Shown here: positions 8,332-19,053 of the stretch, piece by piece
Position numbering within the stretch: position 1 is the first letter of the stretch
Layout: each line of letters opens with the position of its first letter
NCBI GenBank assembly: GCA_013153495.1
Contig: JAADEH010000010.1
Coordinates: 26,379 to 90,378 of the forward strand
Length of the DNA stretch: 64,000 bases
Source of the DNA: Aquificota bacterium
GTDB lineage: Bacteria > Aquificota > Aquificia > Aquificales > Aquificaceae
Direction of reading: 5' to 3'
The notes under the pieces: generated by a model
What the model was told of the DNA's origin: nothing
What the model saw: only the letters and a program-made list of their open reading frames with translations
Databases searched by the model: none
Translations under genes and position numbers: made by a program

Positions 8332-9624
8332 ATGTATGAATCCAGCATAGGTGGAGTAAAGGAGTTTAACTTTGACATAAAGGACCCCAACTTTTACAAC
8401 GAAGAAGCCCTCTGGGAAGAGGCAAAGAGGGTCTATTCCAAATGTAAGGACTGCAGGATGTGCGTTAGCTTCTGTCCGTCGTTCCCCGCCCTCTTCGATG
8501 CGGTTGATGCCAAAGACGACGACATAGAAAAACTTACAAAGGAAGAGCTTGCCAAACCCCTCGAACTGTGCTTTCACTGCAAGCAGTGCTACTTCAGGTG
8601 TCCCTATACACCACCCCACGAGTGGAGGCTCGACTTCCCTCACCTGTCGCTCAGGTATAAGGCTTGGAAGTTTAAAAATCAAGGTGCTAAACTCACCGAC
8701 AAGCTGATGGTCAACACCGACCTCAACGGTAAACTCAACGTGGGACCCCAGGCAAACCTCGTAAACAAACTTATGGAAGTAAAACCCGTCAGGGTCCTTT
8801 TAGAAAACTTTATGGGAATAGACCAGAGGGCAAAGCTCCCCAAATTTAACACCCAGAGTTTTGAAAGCTGGTTTAGAAAAAATAGAAGGGTCGTAAAGGG
8901 TGAGAACGGTAAGGTAGCCCTCTTCTCCACCTGTTTGCTGGATTACAACTTCCTCGAAAAGGGAATAGCCTTAGTGCGTGTTCTCGAGAAGAACGACATA
9001 TACATTGAGCTTGCCCAGCACGAGTGTTGCGGAATTCCCTACTTTGACATAGGAGATTTGGACTCCGCAATAGAGAAAGCAAAAAGGAACGTTCAGAGGC
9101 TAAAACCTTATGTGGATGCAGGTTTTGACATAATAGTGCCCATACCTACCTGTGCCTTACAGCTCAAATACGAGTATCCCCTTCTCCTTCCCGATGACCC
9201 CGATGCCAAAGCCCTATCGGAGAGGGTCTATGACGTTCACGAGTATCTGTGGAAACTGAACGAGGAAGGAAAGTTCAACAAGGACTTTAAGGTATCCATG
9301 GGGAACATAGCCTACCACATACCCTGCCACCTCAAATCTCTGAATGTTGGATACAAAGGAGTTGCTCTGCTCAGGCTTATCCCCGGCACCAAGGTTCGCA
9401 TAGTGGACAGGTGTTCCGGACACGACGGAACCTTTGGAGTGAAGAAGGAGACCTTCGACTATGCTTACAAGGTAGGCTCGAGGCTCTTTGACGACCTCAA
9501 AGCTCAGGATGCTGACCTGTATGTGTCCGACTGTCCCTTAGCTTCCAACATGATAGAACTCGGGACCGGAAAGAGACCCCTGCACCCCCTCGAGGTTCTA
9601 TACAGAGCCTACGGTGGAGATTAA
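8332..9624 (+). CDS. Fe-S oxidoreductase (GlpC/HdrB-like; ferredoxin plus CCG domains)
   Basis: CKDCRMCVSFCP and CFHCKQCYFRCP 4Fe-4S motifs; ECCGIP, HIPCH, RCSGHDG and SDCP CCG-domain motifs. Confidence 0.85.
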   Translation: MYESSIGGVKEFNFDIKDPNFYNEEALWEEAKRVYSKCKDCRMCVSFCPSFPALFDAVDAKDDDIEKLTKEELAKPLELCFHCKQCYFRCPYTPPHEWRLDFPHLSLRYKAWKFKNQGAKLTDKLMVNTDLNGKLNVGPQANLVNKLMEVKPVRVLLENFMGIDQRAKLPKFNTQSFESWFRKNRRVVKGENGKVALFSTCLLDYNFLEKGIALVRVLEKNDIYIELAQHECCGIPYFDIGDLDSAIEKAKRNVQRLKPYVDAGFDIIVPIPTCALQLKYEYPLLLPDDPDAKALSERVYDVHEYLWKLNEEGKFNKDFKVSMGNIAYHIPCHLKSLNVGYKGVALLRLIPGTKVRIVDRCSGHDGTFGVKKETFDYAYKVGSRLFDDLKAQDADLYVSDCPLASNMIELGTGKRPLHPLEVLYRAYGGD

Positions 9625-9635
9625 CGGAGGGAACT

Positions 9636-10226
9636 GTGATGCGTAAGGTAAGCATGAAGGACATTCTTAACCTTTACGAATACGAAAAGGTCAGGGACCA
9701 GAAGATTAAGGAAATAGCCCAAAAGAAGAAAAAGAGAAGAGTTCACGTGGGAGACAAGGTAACCCTCGTATTCGAGAACTTTGACACCGTTTGGTTTCAA
9801 ATTCAGGAGATGATAAGAGCGGAGAGAATGGTCAAAGATGAAGACATTCAGTTTGAGATAGATACCTACAACGAACTTATACCCGAGAAAAACCAGCTCT
9901 CCGCAACCATGTTCATAGAGATACCAGACCAGAAGGAGAGGAGAGAAACGCTCCCCAAACTCGTGGGAATACACGATGCGGTTTACATGCACATAGGGAA
10001 TAAATACACCGTAAAAGCCCGTGCGGACGAAAAGAGCCAGATGGATTACGAGGAAGGAAAGGCATCGGTGGTTCACTTCCTAAAGTGGGACCTCACTCCC
10101 GAGCAGGTGGAAGCCTTCAAGAAGGAACCTGTCAGGATTGAGATAAACCACGAAAACTACAAAGCTATGACCGAAATCCCCCCCGAAGTGAAAGAGGAGC
10201 TTGTAAAGGACTTAGAGAGCGACTGA
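9636..10226 (+). CDS. DUF3501 family protein
   Basis: YEKVR..., RRVHVGD.VTLVFEN, QIQEMIRAE and EIDTYNELIP; third gene of the rubrerythrin/Fe-S oxidoreductase triad. Confidence 0.8.
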   Translation: MMRKVSMKDILNLYEYEKVRDQKIKEIAQKKKKRRVHVGDKVTLVFENFDTVWFQIQEMIRAERMVKDEDIQFEIDTYNELIPEKNQLSATMFIEIPDQKERRETLPKLVGIHDAVYMHIGNKYTVKARADEKSQMDYEEGKASVVHFLKWDLTPEQVEAFKKEPVRIEINHENYKAMTEIPPEVKEELVKDLESD

Positions 10227-10234
10227 ACTCCCCT

Positions 10235-10588
10235 ATGCACAAGCTCTTCGTTTATGGAACCCTGAAGAAGGGTTTTAGCAACCACCACTTCCTCAAGGGT
10301 GCGAAGTTTTTAGGGAAAGCTATCACCAAGCACAAGTATGCCCTATACGAAACCTCAATCCCCTACGCCTATCCTTACGAGAAGGTAAGCCCCATAAGGG
10401 GAGAGCTATACGAGGTGGACACCCAAACTATCAGGAAAATAGACCTACTCGAAGGTCATCCCCACGCATACAGGAGGGAAGAGGTGCCGGTTCTTTTAGA
10501 AAACGGGGAGGAAGTCTTCGCATGGATATACTTTTATCCCAGGAAGAGGGGGAAGTTAAACCCCTCGGGGGAGTTCCAGCCCCGTTAA
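10235..10588 (+). CDS. Gamma-glutamylcyclotransferase (AIG2-like) family protein
   Basis: LFVYGTLKKG and IDLLEG...YRR motifs. Confidence 0.85.
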   Translation: MHKLFVYGTLKKGFSNHHFLKGAKFLGKAITKHKYALYETSIPYAYPYEKVSPIRGELYEVDTQTIRKIDLLEGHPHAYRREEVPVLLENGEEVFAWIYFYPRKRGKLNPSGEFQPR

Positions 10589-10597
10589 AATGGAGCT

Positions 10598-11332
10598 ATG
10601 CTCGTTCGACTCAATCGATACCTATCTATGTGCGGGGTATCTTCACGCAGGAAAGCGGACCAGCTCATAAAAGAGGGAAGGGTTAAGGTAAACGGACAAG
10701 TGGTGAGAGACTTGGGAGTCAAAATAGACCCCGAGCTTGACAGGGTAGAGGTCGATGGCAAAGAAGTCAGACCCCTCAGAAAGCGATACATAATCCTCAA
10801 CAAACCCTGCTGTTATCTGACCCAGCTCGGCAAGTCCCAGAGCGGTAAGAAAACCATAGAGGAACTCATAAAGGACATTCCCGAAAGGGTTTTCCCAGTG
10901 GGAAGACTCGACTACAACACCGAAGGTCTTTTGATCCTGACCAACGACGGAGAGCTGGCAAACCGAGTTCTTCACCCACGCTACAAATTACCAAAGGTAT
11001 ATTTAGCCCTCGTAAAGGGAAAGGTCTCCAAGAACACTTTAAGAAAGATGAAGAGAGGCATAGAGCTGGAGGACGGCTTCGCCGTGCCGGACGATGTCCG
11101 TATAGTCAGATACGAGGGAGACAACACCCTCTTGGAGATAACCTTTCACGAGGGGAGAAAACACATAGTAAAGAGGTTTCTCGCTTCCTTTGGACATCCC
11201 GTTATAAAACTCAAAAGGATAGCCATAGGACCTCTCACCCTCGGTAAACTCCCGCCTGGGAAATGGAGGGATTTGTCGGAGAGGGAACTCAGACAGCTCT
11301 TTTCCGCCGTTGGTTTAAAATATTCTCCCTGA
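10598..11332 (+). CDS. rluB: rRNA pseudouridine synthase with S4 domain (RluB/RsuA family)
   Basis: N-terminal S4 domain (RLNRYLSMCGVSSRRKAD); catalytic GRLDYNTEGLLILTNDG. Confidence 0.85.
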   Translation: MLVRLNRYLSMCGVSSRRKADQLIKEGRVKVNGQVVRDLGVKIDPELDRVEVDGKEVRPLRKRYIILNKPCCYLTQLGKSQSGKKTIEELIKDIPERVFPVGRLDYNTEGLLILTNDGELANRVLHPRYKLPKVYLALVKGKVSKNTLRKMKRGIELEDGFAVPDDVRIVRYEGDNTLLEITFHEGRKHIVKRFLASFGHPVIKLKRIAIGPLTLGKLPPGKWRDLSERELRQLFSAVGLKYSP

Positions 11333-11333
11333 G

Positions 11334-11708
11334 ATGGAACTGCTCAAGGTGTTCCTCATAGCCCTCGCAGGTGTTATAACCCTGATGTTTTTGCTTCAGC
11401 TCTTCGCAAGGTGGAAGGCAGGCAGGTCTGTGGGGAAGGAGTTTACCAAATTCGGCAGGGACGTAGTTCTATACTTTTACTCCCCGAGCTGTGGAGCTTG
11501 CCAGAGAATGAACCCCGTAATAGATAAGCTCTCGAAAAAGGTCAGAGTTAAGAAGATAGACGTTTCCAAAAAGGAAGGTCTCTGGGTGGCAAAGGAGTTG
11601 GGAATACTCGGGACGCCCACCACGGTGATAATAGAGAAGGGAAAGGTGGCAAAAGTTCTTTTCGGAATTCAGAAGGAGGATAAATTATTGAAGGAGGTAG
11701 GAAAATGA
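11334..11708 (+). CDS. Membrane-anchored thioredoxin-family protein
   Basis: N-terminal TM helix; CGAC (CxxC) and cis-Pro GTPT. Confidence 0.75.
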   Translation: MELLKVFLIALAGVITLMFLLQLFARWKAGRSVGKEFTKFGRDVVLYFYSPSCGACQRMNPVIDKLSKKVRVKKIDVSKKEGLWVAKELGILGTPTTVIIEKGKVAKVLFGIQKEDKLLKEVGK

Positions 11709-12358
11709 AGTTCTTCCTCGACACCGCTGACATAGAGCAGATTAGAACCGCAAACAGCTGGGGGATACTCGACGGTGTAACCACTAACCCGACCCTAATA
11801 TCCAAAACGGGAAGACCCTTTAAGGAGGTAGTTAAGGAGATACTTGAGGAGGTAGAGGGACCCGTCAGTCTCGAGACCGTTTCCCTCGATGCGGAGGGAA
11901 TGATAAGGGAAGGTCGTCAGCTCGCAGAGCTTGGGGACAACGTGGTTGTAAAAATACCCATGACTCCCGAGGGGATGAAAGCAGTTCAAACCCTCGAGGC
12001 GGAGGGCATACCCACCAACGTAACCCTCGTATTCTCTCCCGTACAGGCACTCATAGCGGCTAAGGCAGGGGCTTCCTACGTGTCCCCCTTCGTAGGCAGG
12101 ATAGATGACATATCTGGAGAAGGAATGAAGCTCATAAGGGAGATAAAAGAAATCTTTTACAACTACGAGGTGGATACGGAGATAATAGTGGCGAGCGTCC
12201 GTCATCCCATGCACGTCCTCGAGTCCGCCCTCATAGGAGCTGACATATGCACCATGCCCTTTGGAGTTATGGAGAAACTCTTTAAGCATCCTCTGACGGA
12301 TATAGGTATAGAGCGCTTCCTCAAAGACTGGGAAAAGGTGCCGGAAAAACCTTTCTAA
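11705..12358 (+). CDS. tal: Transaldolase / fructose-6-phosphate aldolase (short family)
   Basis: FFLDTA, GVTTNP, the VVKIP Schiff-base Lys, and YVSPFVGR. Confidence 0.92.
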   Translation: MKFFLDTADIEQIRTANSWGILDGVTTNPTLISKTGRPFKEVVKEILEEVEGPVSLETVSLDAEGMIREGRQLAELGDNVVVKIPMTPEGMKAVQTLEAEGIPTNVTLVFSPVQALIAAKAGASYVSPFVGRIDDISGEGMKLIREIKEIFYNYEVDTEIIVASVRHPMHVLESALIGADICTMPFGVMEKLFKHPLTDIGIERFLKDWEKVPEKPF

Positions 12359-12370
12359 ATTCGAAAGTTC

Positions 12371-12398
12371 TTGACAGTCTTAGAGGTTGGTCTAAATT
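12371..12398 (+). promoter_or_regulatory. Candidate sigma70 promoter of dnaG
   Basis: TTGACA (12371-12376), 16-nt spacer, TAAATT (12393-12398). Confidence 0.45.
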
Positions 12399-12409
12399 CT
12401 CAAAAGGTA

Positions 12410-14008
12410 ATGCCCTCGGATATAGATGACCTCAGAAGGGAATTAGACATAGTTGATGTTATATCCGAGTATATAAATCTTCAGAGGGTAGGGAGCAACT
12501 ACCGAGCCAACTGTCCCTTTCACCCGGACAGAACACCTTCCTTTTACGTCTCACCCTCGAGGCAGATATTCAAATGCTTCGGTTGCGGCGTTGGTGGGGA
12601 TGCCATAAAGTTCGTTTCCCTTTACGAAAACCTCTCTTACATCGAGGCAGCTAAACACCTCGCACGCAGATACGGTATAAGCCTTCGCATAAAGGGTGAA
12701 AAGGAGGGACCGAAGGAAGTTTACGATGCATTGGAAGCGGTTTCCCAGTTCTATCACAAAAAGCTAAAGGAAAGCAGAGAACCGTTGGAATACTTAAAGT
12801 CCAGAGGGATAGATAACTCTTCCGTTCGCAGATTTAACTTGGGATACTCACCTTCCTCTCAGGAACTCGTAGAGTTTCTTAAAAGGCTCGGACTCCTGAA
12901 AGACTATGAGAAAACCGGAAACCTCGTTCGTTTCTCTGACGGTGCATACAGGGACCTCTTCAGAAACAGGCTAATAATACCCATAAGGGATGCAAGAGGA
13001 AGGGTGGTGGGCTTCGGCGGTAGGATTCTACAGGGAGAGGGACCCAAATACGTAAACTCACCCGACAGCGACATTTTCAAGAAAAGAGAGCTTCTTTTCG
13101 GTCTATACGAAGGTCTGGCATACCTGAAGGACCTGAAAACAGCCATCGTGGTGGAGGGATACTTTGACGTTATAGCTCTTCATCAGGAAGGTTTCAGGAA
13201 TGCGGTTGCAACGCTGGGGACTTCCTTCGGACGAGACCACGCTCTTCAACTTTCAAAGTTCGTAGAAAAGGTATTCCTCGTCTTCGACGGGGACTCCGCA
13301 GGAAGAAAGGCTCTCAGGCTTGCTGTTCCCCACCTCTTAAAAGCGGGTTTAGAGGTATATCCTCTTTACCTTCCCGAAGGCACTGACCCCCACGACTTTA
13401 TATTCTCTCGGGGAAAGGAAGCCTTTAGACGGCTACTGGACAATTCGCGGAGCCTCTTTGAACAACTCCTTTACAGAATCAGGGAGGGTGTAAACCCGGA
13501 GGAAGCCATAAGGGACTTTACCTACTTCGTTTCCTTCCTGAAGGACGAGGTGGAGGCATACTCCCTTCTCGCACAGCTGAGCAAGCTTACCAAAATACCC
13601 GTTGATGTTCTCGCCTCAAAGATGTATAGGAGGGAGGAACCTTCGGTTGAAGAAGAGGACCCGAGGGTGAGCTTTACGGAGAAGCTGTTTCTTAAAGGTC
13701 TGTTCGAACTCAGACCTGAGATAAACATAGAAGAACTTAACCTTTCCTCGAAAGCTTACGAGCTTGCAAAGAGTATATTGGCTGAGGAGTATTATCACAT
13801 TCCCGAGGAAATACTGAACCTTAAAGTTGATGACTTAGAGACCGCCTTCTGGTCCAGCGTCGATAAGCTCAGGATAGACATTCCCGAAGAAGAACTGAAG
13901 GCTCAAACAGCCAGCGTAAGGGAATTCGTCAGGGAAGCTATGAGAAACCATAGAGGTGGTATAAAACCCGCTTCCGCACGCAGGTGGAGGGGGAAACTTG
14001 AAAGCTGA
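12410..14008 (+). CDS. dnaG: DNA primase
   Basis: CPFH...FKCFGC zinc-binding domain, PKYVNSP, VVEGYFDV, and the FDGD TOPRIM motif. The ATG at 12410 is preferred over the TTG at 12371. Confidence 0.95.
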   Translation: MPSDIDDLRRELDIVDVISEYINLQRVGSNYRANCPFHPDRTPSFYVSPSRQIFKCFGCGVGGDAIKFVSLYENLSYIEAAKHLARRYGISLRIKGEKEGPKEVYDALEAVSQFYHKKLKESREPLEYLKSRGIDNSSVRRFNLGYSPSSQELVEFLKRLGLLKDYEKTGNLVRFSDGAYRDLFRNRLIIPIRDARGRVVGFGGRILQGEGPKYVNSPDSDIFKKRELLFGLYEGLAYLKDLKTAIVVEGYFDVIALHQEGFRNAVATLGTSFGRDHALQLSKFVEKVFLVFDGDSAGRKALRLAVPHLLKAGLEVYPLYLPEGTDPHDFIFSRGKEAFRRLLDNSRSLFEQLLYRIREGVNPEEAIRDFTYFVSFLKDEVEAYSLLAQLSKLTKIPVDVLASKMYRREEPSVEEEDPRVSFTEKLFLKGLFELRPEINIEELNLSSKAYELAKSILAEEYYHIPEEILNLKVDDLETAFWSSVDKLRIDIPEEELKAQTASVREFVREAMRNHRGGIKPASARRWRGKLES

Positions 14009-14051
14009 GCTATCTATCCTACTTTTAATAAATTTGGTCAGGAGGTAGAGA

Positions 14052-15767
14052 ATGATAGACAGGGAAAGCCTCAGGCACCTCGTTGAGATTGGTAAGGAAA
14101 AGGGCTTCGTTACCTACGATGAGATTAACGAGGTAATCGAAGAGGACTTCGTCTCTTCCGACAGCTTCGAAGAGCTGATAGACACCCTTGCCAACTTTAA
14201 CATCCAGGTTGTGGAGAGCGAAGAGGAATACGAGGAGAAGGAACACCTCGATGAGCTTGTGGTATCCACCGAGTCCTTCACCGTTATGGGCAGGGACGGG
14301 GACCCGGTCAAACTCTACCTCAAGGAAATGGGAAAAATTCCCCTTCTGACCAGAGAGCAGGAAATTCATTACGCCAAGCAGATAGAGATAGGCAGGAAGA
14401 TAATGAGGAGAGGATTGCTCAGAAGCTCCTTCCTCGTGGAAAAGCTCCTTCAGGATTGGGGAAAGCTCTGCAACGGTAAACTCAAGATAGGAGACATAAT
14501 GGACCTCATAGACGAAGACCCCAACAGCGACTGCTACGAGGAAAACTGCGAAAAACACGAAAAGTTCTTCATGGAAAAGGGACTTGAGCTGGCAAAAGCG
14601 TATAAGGAACTACTCCAGGCACGTCAGAAATACATAGAGAATCCGACTCCCGAAAACAAGAGAGAGTATCTCTTCAAGCACGCTCACATGAACAGGATAG
14701 TTCACCAGATGAGGATAAAGTATTCCAAGTTCGAGCGCATAGCGGACGAACTCCTCAAGCTCTATCAGAAATACATACGCAAAAAGAGGGACTTCGAATC
14801 CAGGAAGAAGAAGCTCCAGTCCATACACCCCAATATAGATGAACTTATAAATAACTATCTCGGCGACAGGGAGCTTCAGGAGAAGATAAAGAATGCGGGA
14901 TACACCTTCGACAAGTTCAACTCCCTCGTAAGCGAATACGTCTCCTTAAAGCGTGAGGTAGAGAGGCTCAGAAACGAGATAGGCATAATTCCCGAGGAGA
15001 TAAAGAGAGTTATGGAGATTATCGAACAGGGAAGGAAGAAGGTGGTAAAAGCAAAGCAGGTAATGATACAGTCCAACCTCAGACTCGTGGTCTCCATAGC
15101 CAAGAAATACGTAAACAGAGGACTGCACTTCTTGGACCTCATACAGGAAGGAAACATAGGTCTCATGAAGGCGGTTGATAAATACGACTACCGTAAAGGT
15201 TACAAGTTCTCTACTTACGCAACCTGGTGGATAAGGCAGGCTATAACGAGGGCGATAGCGGACCAGGCGAGAACCATAAGGATACCCGTCCACATGATAG
15301 AGACGATAAACAGGATAATAAAGGCTTCTAAAAAGCTCTTCCAGGACCTCGGAAGGGAACCCACCCCCGAGGAGATAGCAAAGCACCTTGGAATGACACC
15401 CGACAAAGTGAGAAAGGTTCTCCGTTCCGCTCAGGAGCCTATATCCCTTGAGACTCCTATCGGAGACGATGAGGACACCTTCCTCAAGGACTTCATAGAG
15501 GACAAGTCCATACCCAACCCCGAGGAGTATGTGTCCAGAAAGCTCCTCAGAGAACAGCTCGAGAAGGTTCTTGAGACCCTATCGGAGAAGGAAAGGGAGA
15601 TACTAAGATACCGCTACGGACTGGTGGACGGAACAGAATACACCCTCGAGCAGGTAGGCAAAATGTTCAACGTAACCAGGGAGCGCATAAGGCAGATAGA
15701 GTCCAAAGCCATAAGGAAACTCAGACACCCCTCAAGAGCTAAGTATTTAAAAGACTTTGAACTCTAA
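14052..15767 (+). CDS. rpoD: Primary sigma factor sigma70
   Basis: [46 protein letters not shown], and TRERIRQIE. Confidence 0.97.
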   Translation: MIDRESLRHLVEIGKEKGFVTYDEINEVIEEDFVSSDSFEELIDTLANFNIQVVESEEEYEEKEHLDELVVSTESFTVMGRDGDPVKLYLKEMGKIPLLTREQEIHYAKQIEIGRKIMRRGLLRSSFLVEKLLQDWGKLCNGKLKIGDIMDLIDEDPNSDCYEENCEKHEKFFMEKGLELAKAYKELLQARQKYIENPTPENKREYLFKHAHMNRIVHQMRIKYSKFERIADELLKLYQKYIRKKRDFESRKKKLQSIHPNIDELINNYLGDRELQEKIKNAGYTFDKFNSLVSEYVSLKREVERLRNEIGIIPEEIKRVMEIIEQGRKKVVKAKQVMIQSNLRLVVSIAKKYVNRGLHFLDLIQEGNIGLMKAVDKYDYRKGYKFSTYATWWIRQAITRAIADQARTIRIPVHMIETINRIIKASKKLFQDLGREPTPEEIAKHLGMTPDKVRKVLRSAQEPISLETPIGDDEDTFLKDFIEDKSIPNPEEYVSRKLLREQLEKVLETLSEKEREILRYRYGLVDGTEYTLEQVGKMFNVTRERIRQIESKAIRKLRHPSRAKYLKDFEL

Positions 15768-16648
15768 GGGGAGTTCTTCTCCCCTCTCTCCTTTATCAAC
15801 TTATAAACTGCGGAAAAGTCCAAGTCCCCAAATCCCAAGCTCCTCGCAAGTCCGTAGGTTTCCTTAACCGCTGAAGCGGTAAAAGAAAAAAGCCCCAACT
15901 CCTTTATCAGGTCTTGAGCGTAATGAAGGTCCTTGTATATGAGGTTTACCGAAAAGTGAGTTGAGAAGTCCTCTTCGAGAAGCTTTTTCTTCTTCACGTC
16001 AAGTATGTAAGACTTCCCCGCTCCGGTGTTTAGTATCTCTATGAGCTGTTCCTTCTCTATCCCTGCCTTCTCCCCTATGGCTATAGCTTCCGCAAGAACG
16101 TCCATGATACCACCGAGGACTATGTTGTTTACGAGCTTTACCTTAGTAGCCTTACCTGCCTCTCCCACGTAGAATATGTTTTTGCAGAACTTCTTGAATA
16201 TTGGCTCGTTCTCCCGGAACTTCTCCTCGTCTCCACCCACCACTATGGTCAGCTCTCCCTTTTGAGCCGGAATAACGCTCCCTAAGACGGGAGCGTCCAG
16301 GTAGTAAGAACCGTATTTTTTCAATTCTTGATAAGCGAGCTTTGCGTAATTGAAGTGGTTGGTGGTCATGTCTATAACTGTCTTTCCCTTTATGTCTCCA
16401 CGAACGAGACCTTTCTCCCCAAATATCACCTGCTCCGACGCTTGAGAGTCGAAGACTATAACGAAAACCCTTTCTACCTGAGAGATGAGGTCAGCGGGAC
16501 TGTCCGCTACCTGAGCACCTGTCTCTTTTGCAAACTCACGAGCCTTATCGAGGCTCCTGTTCCAGACTACAAGCTCCTCTCCCTGCTCTATCAGCCTCTT
16601 GGCTATCGCTCTTCCTAAGTGTCCGAGACCTATAAAACCGAGCTTCAT
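15764..16648 (-). CDS. NAD(P)-dependent beta-hydroxyacid dehydrogenase (3-hydroxyisobutyrate/6-phosphogluconate dehydrogenase family)
   Basis: GFIGLGHLG Rossmann motif, DAPVLGS and KLVNN. Start reassigned to the ATG at 16648. Confidence 0.85.
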   Translation of the reverse strand: MKLGFIGLGHLGRAIAKRLIEQGEELVVWNRSLDKAREFAKETGAQVADSPADLISQVERVFVIVFDSQASEQVIFGEKGLVRGDIKGKTVIDMTTNHFNYAKLAYQELKKYGSYYLDAPVLGSVIPAQKGELTIVVGGDEEKFRENEPIFKKFCKNIFYVGEAGKATKVKLVNNIVLGGIMDVLAEAIAIGEKAGIEKEQLIEILNTGAGKSYILDVKKKKLLEEDFSTHFSVNLIYKDLHYAQDLIKELGLFSFTASAVKETYGLARSLGFGDLDFSAVYKLIKERGEKNSP

Positions 16649-17058
16649 TACTTCTCTCCCGATTTGTTTTTTGCACACTTTATAACATCGTCGTCAAATG
16701 ACACAACTCTGTATGTAGAACTGTATGCACATAGTATGCAATCTACAAAATCAAGGTTCTTATTGCCAAATATATTTAGGGCATCAATCAAAATGCTTTT
16801 ATCCTGAACATTAACACCTTCCATGTTTAGAAACTCAGTGAGAACCTGGGCTATCTCCCGTCTGCTGACTTTATAAAGTTTTTGAAGCACATACACAACT
16901 TCGGCTAAAACAGCTTGTATTATTACCACTTGTTTTCTGCCAAAGAATACATCACTAAATAGACTTTCTGACCTGGTGTATAGCTCTTCATCGTCTTTGA
17001 GAAGATATCTAAGTATAACATTGGCATCAATCATTAATATGTTTTTCTGAGAGGGCAT
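16648..17058 (-). CDS. vapC: PIN-domain toxin (VapC-like)
   Basis: IDANVILRYL, LAEVV, DFVDCIL and SFD acidic PIN residues; the ATG at 17058 has a GAGG RBS. Confidence 0.8.
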   Translation of the reverse strand: MPSQKNILMIDANVILRYLLKDDEELYTRSESLFSDVFFGRKQVVIIQAVLAEVVYVLQKLYKVSRREIAQVLTEFLNMEGVNVQDKSILIDALNIFGNKNLDFVDCILCAYSSTYRVVSFDDDVIKCAKNKSGEK

Positions 17059-17278
17059 TTCCAATTACCTCTTTTTCTTCCCTAATTATATCTCTTATAG
17101 GTTTATTTTTTATCGCATATTTATGAAGTGCTCCTCCGAGTTTTCTTACAGGCTTTATAATAAGCTTATCATCTTCCATAACGATCTCTACAATGTCTGT
17201 TCCCAACTTTTTTCTATATTCTGCAGGAATGGTTATCTGTCCTTTATGAGTAATCTTGGCTATAGGCACTTTATCCAC
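17027..17278 (-). CDS. vapB: AbrB/MazE-type antitoxin (VapB-like)
   Basis: AKITHKGQITIP...RKKLG...LIIKP; overlaps the PIN gene. The true start may be the GTG at 17269. Confidence 0.8.
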   Translation of the reverse strand: MDKVPIAKITHKGQITIPAEYRKKLGTDIVEIVMEDDKLIIKPVRKLGGALHKYAIKNKPIRDIIREEKEVIGNALSEKHIND

Positions 17279-17325
17279 CTCTTACTTATAGTAAAAGATA
17301 GGCTCTTGCGGATTCTCCGAAAGTC

Positions 17326-19038
17326 TCACTTTTTATCCTCAGCTATCATCTCCTTAACTTTGTCTATCACTTCTTCTATGGGAATGTCCCAGCGCTCTCC
17401 CGTTGCCCTCTTCTGAAGCTCTACCTTGCCTTCCTTCACCTTTTTGCCCACCACTATGCGGTAGGGAAAGCCCACCAAATCCGCATCTGCAAATTTGAAA
17501 CCTGCGCTCTCTTCCCTGTCGTCGTATATGACCTCTATTCCCTTCTCCTCCGCTTCTATGTATAGCTTCTCTGCGGTTTGAGTAAGTTCTGGGTCGGACA
17601 TGTTGAGGCAGAGAATTGCAAGCTCAAAGGGTGCCACAGGCGTGGGCCACTTTATTCCCTTCTCGTCGTGATACTGCTCAACTATCGCAGCCATTATGCG
17701 GGATATGCCTATCCCGTAGCATCCCATTATTATGGGTTTCTCCTCACCCGAAGGGTCCGTAAAGTATGCTTTCATTGGCTCTGAATACCTGGTTCCGAGA
17801 AGGAATATGTGTCCGAGTTCTAAGCCCGTTTGCACCTTAAGGGGGGAGCCACACTTGGGGCAGGGGTCTCCTTCCTCCACCTGTGCAATATCTACAAACT
17901 CACCGTATTGGAAGTCCCTTTCGGGATTGACATTTATGTAATGCCAGTCGGGCTGATTGAGAGCTACCACGAGGTTCTTAACTCCGTAGAGGGAGTTATC
18001 CCAGAGGACTTTAATGTTTTCGGGAAGGTTGAAAATCCCTATAAATCCTTTGCTCGTTCCGAGGAGATTTTGCACCTCTTCGTCGGTGGCGAGCCTGAAG
18101 TCCTCCGTTCCCAGCACAGCCTCCAACTTATTTTCGTCTATCTCCCTGTCCCCCCTAATGAGAACGAGAACGGGCTGGGAGTCCTTTACCATGTAAAGAA
18201 CAGCCTTCATTATCTTTGAAGGAGGGACCTTCAAAAACTCGGAGAGTTCCTCTATGGTCTTGACCTTGGGGGTATGAACCTTTTCCATAGGTTTCTCTTC
18301 TTCCTCTTCTTCCTTGGGTTTTTGAAGAGGTATTATCTCCGCATTTGCGGCGTATCCGCAGTTTTCGCAGTAGCCTACCTTTGCCTCTCCGTAAGGGGTG
18401 AAGGCTATAAACTCATGGGACTGGGTGCCTCCTATCTGTCCGACGCTTGCCTCAGCCATTATCACCTTCAAGCGGAGCTTCTTGAAAATCCTGTCGTAGG
18501 CGAACTTCATATTCTCGTAAGACATCGTTGCGGAAAACTCGTCCGCATCGAAAGAGTAGGCATCCTTCATTATGAACTCCCTACCCCTTATGAGACCAAA
18601 GCGGGGTCTCTTTTCGTCCCTGAACTTGACCTGTATCTGGTAGAGGGTAACGGGGAGCTGGCGGTAGGAGTTTATAACTTTGCGAACGAGGTCCGTTATC
18701 TCTTCCTCGTGGGTGGGTCCTAAGCAGTATTCTCTTCCGTTTCTGTCCTTTAATCTAAAGAGTTCGCTCCCGTATGTGTCCCACCTTCCGGTCTCCTTCC
18801 AAAGCTCCGCAGGGTTGAGAACTGTCAGGAGTAACTCCTGGGCACCGCTTCGGTCCATCTCCTTACGGACTATGTTTTCTATTTTCCTGAGCACCCTCCA
18901 GCCTGCGGGCAGGACCTCGTATATTCCTGCGGACACCTGCTTTATGAAACCCGCTTTCAGAAGAAGTTTATGGGAAGGTGCCTGAGCTTCAGCCGGGTCT
19001 TCCTTGAGGGTGTATAAAAAGTATCTGCTCCACCTCAT
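17326..19038 (-). CDS. proS: Prolyl-tRNA ligase (with editing insertion)
   Basis: LGPTHEE, FRDEKRPRFGLIRGREFIMKDAYSF, and MGCYGIG. Confidence 0.97.
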   Translation of the reverse strand: MRWSRYFLYTLKEDPAEAQAPSHKLLLKAGFIKQVSAGIYEVLPAGWRVLRKIENIVRKEMDRSGAQELLLTVLNPAELWKETGRWDTYGSELFRLKDRNGREYCLGPTHEEEITDLVRKVINSYRQLPVTLYQIQVKFRDEKRPRFGLIRGREFIMKDAYSFDADEFSATMSYENMKFAYDRIFKKLRLKVIMAEASVGQIGGTQSHEFIAFTPYGEAKVGYCENCGYAANAEIIPLQKPKEEEEEEKPMEKVHTPKVKTIEELSEFLKVPPSKIMKAVLYMVKDSQPVLVLIRGDREIDENKLEAVLGTEDFRLATDEEVQNLLGTSKGFIGIFNLPENIKVLWDNSLYGVKNLVVALNQPDWHYINVNPERDFQYGEFVDIAQVEEGDPCPKCGSPLKVQTGLELGHIFLLGTRYSEPMKAYFTDPSGEEKPIIMGCYGIGISRIMAAIVEQYHDEKGIKWPTPVAPFELAILCLNMSDPELTQTAEKLYIEAEEKGIEVIYDDREESAGFKFADADLVGFPYRIVVGKKVKEGKVELQKRATGERWDIPIEEVIDKVKEMIAEDKK

Positions 19039-19053
19039 AGGGGATATTTTAAG

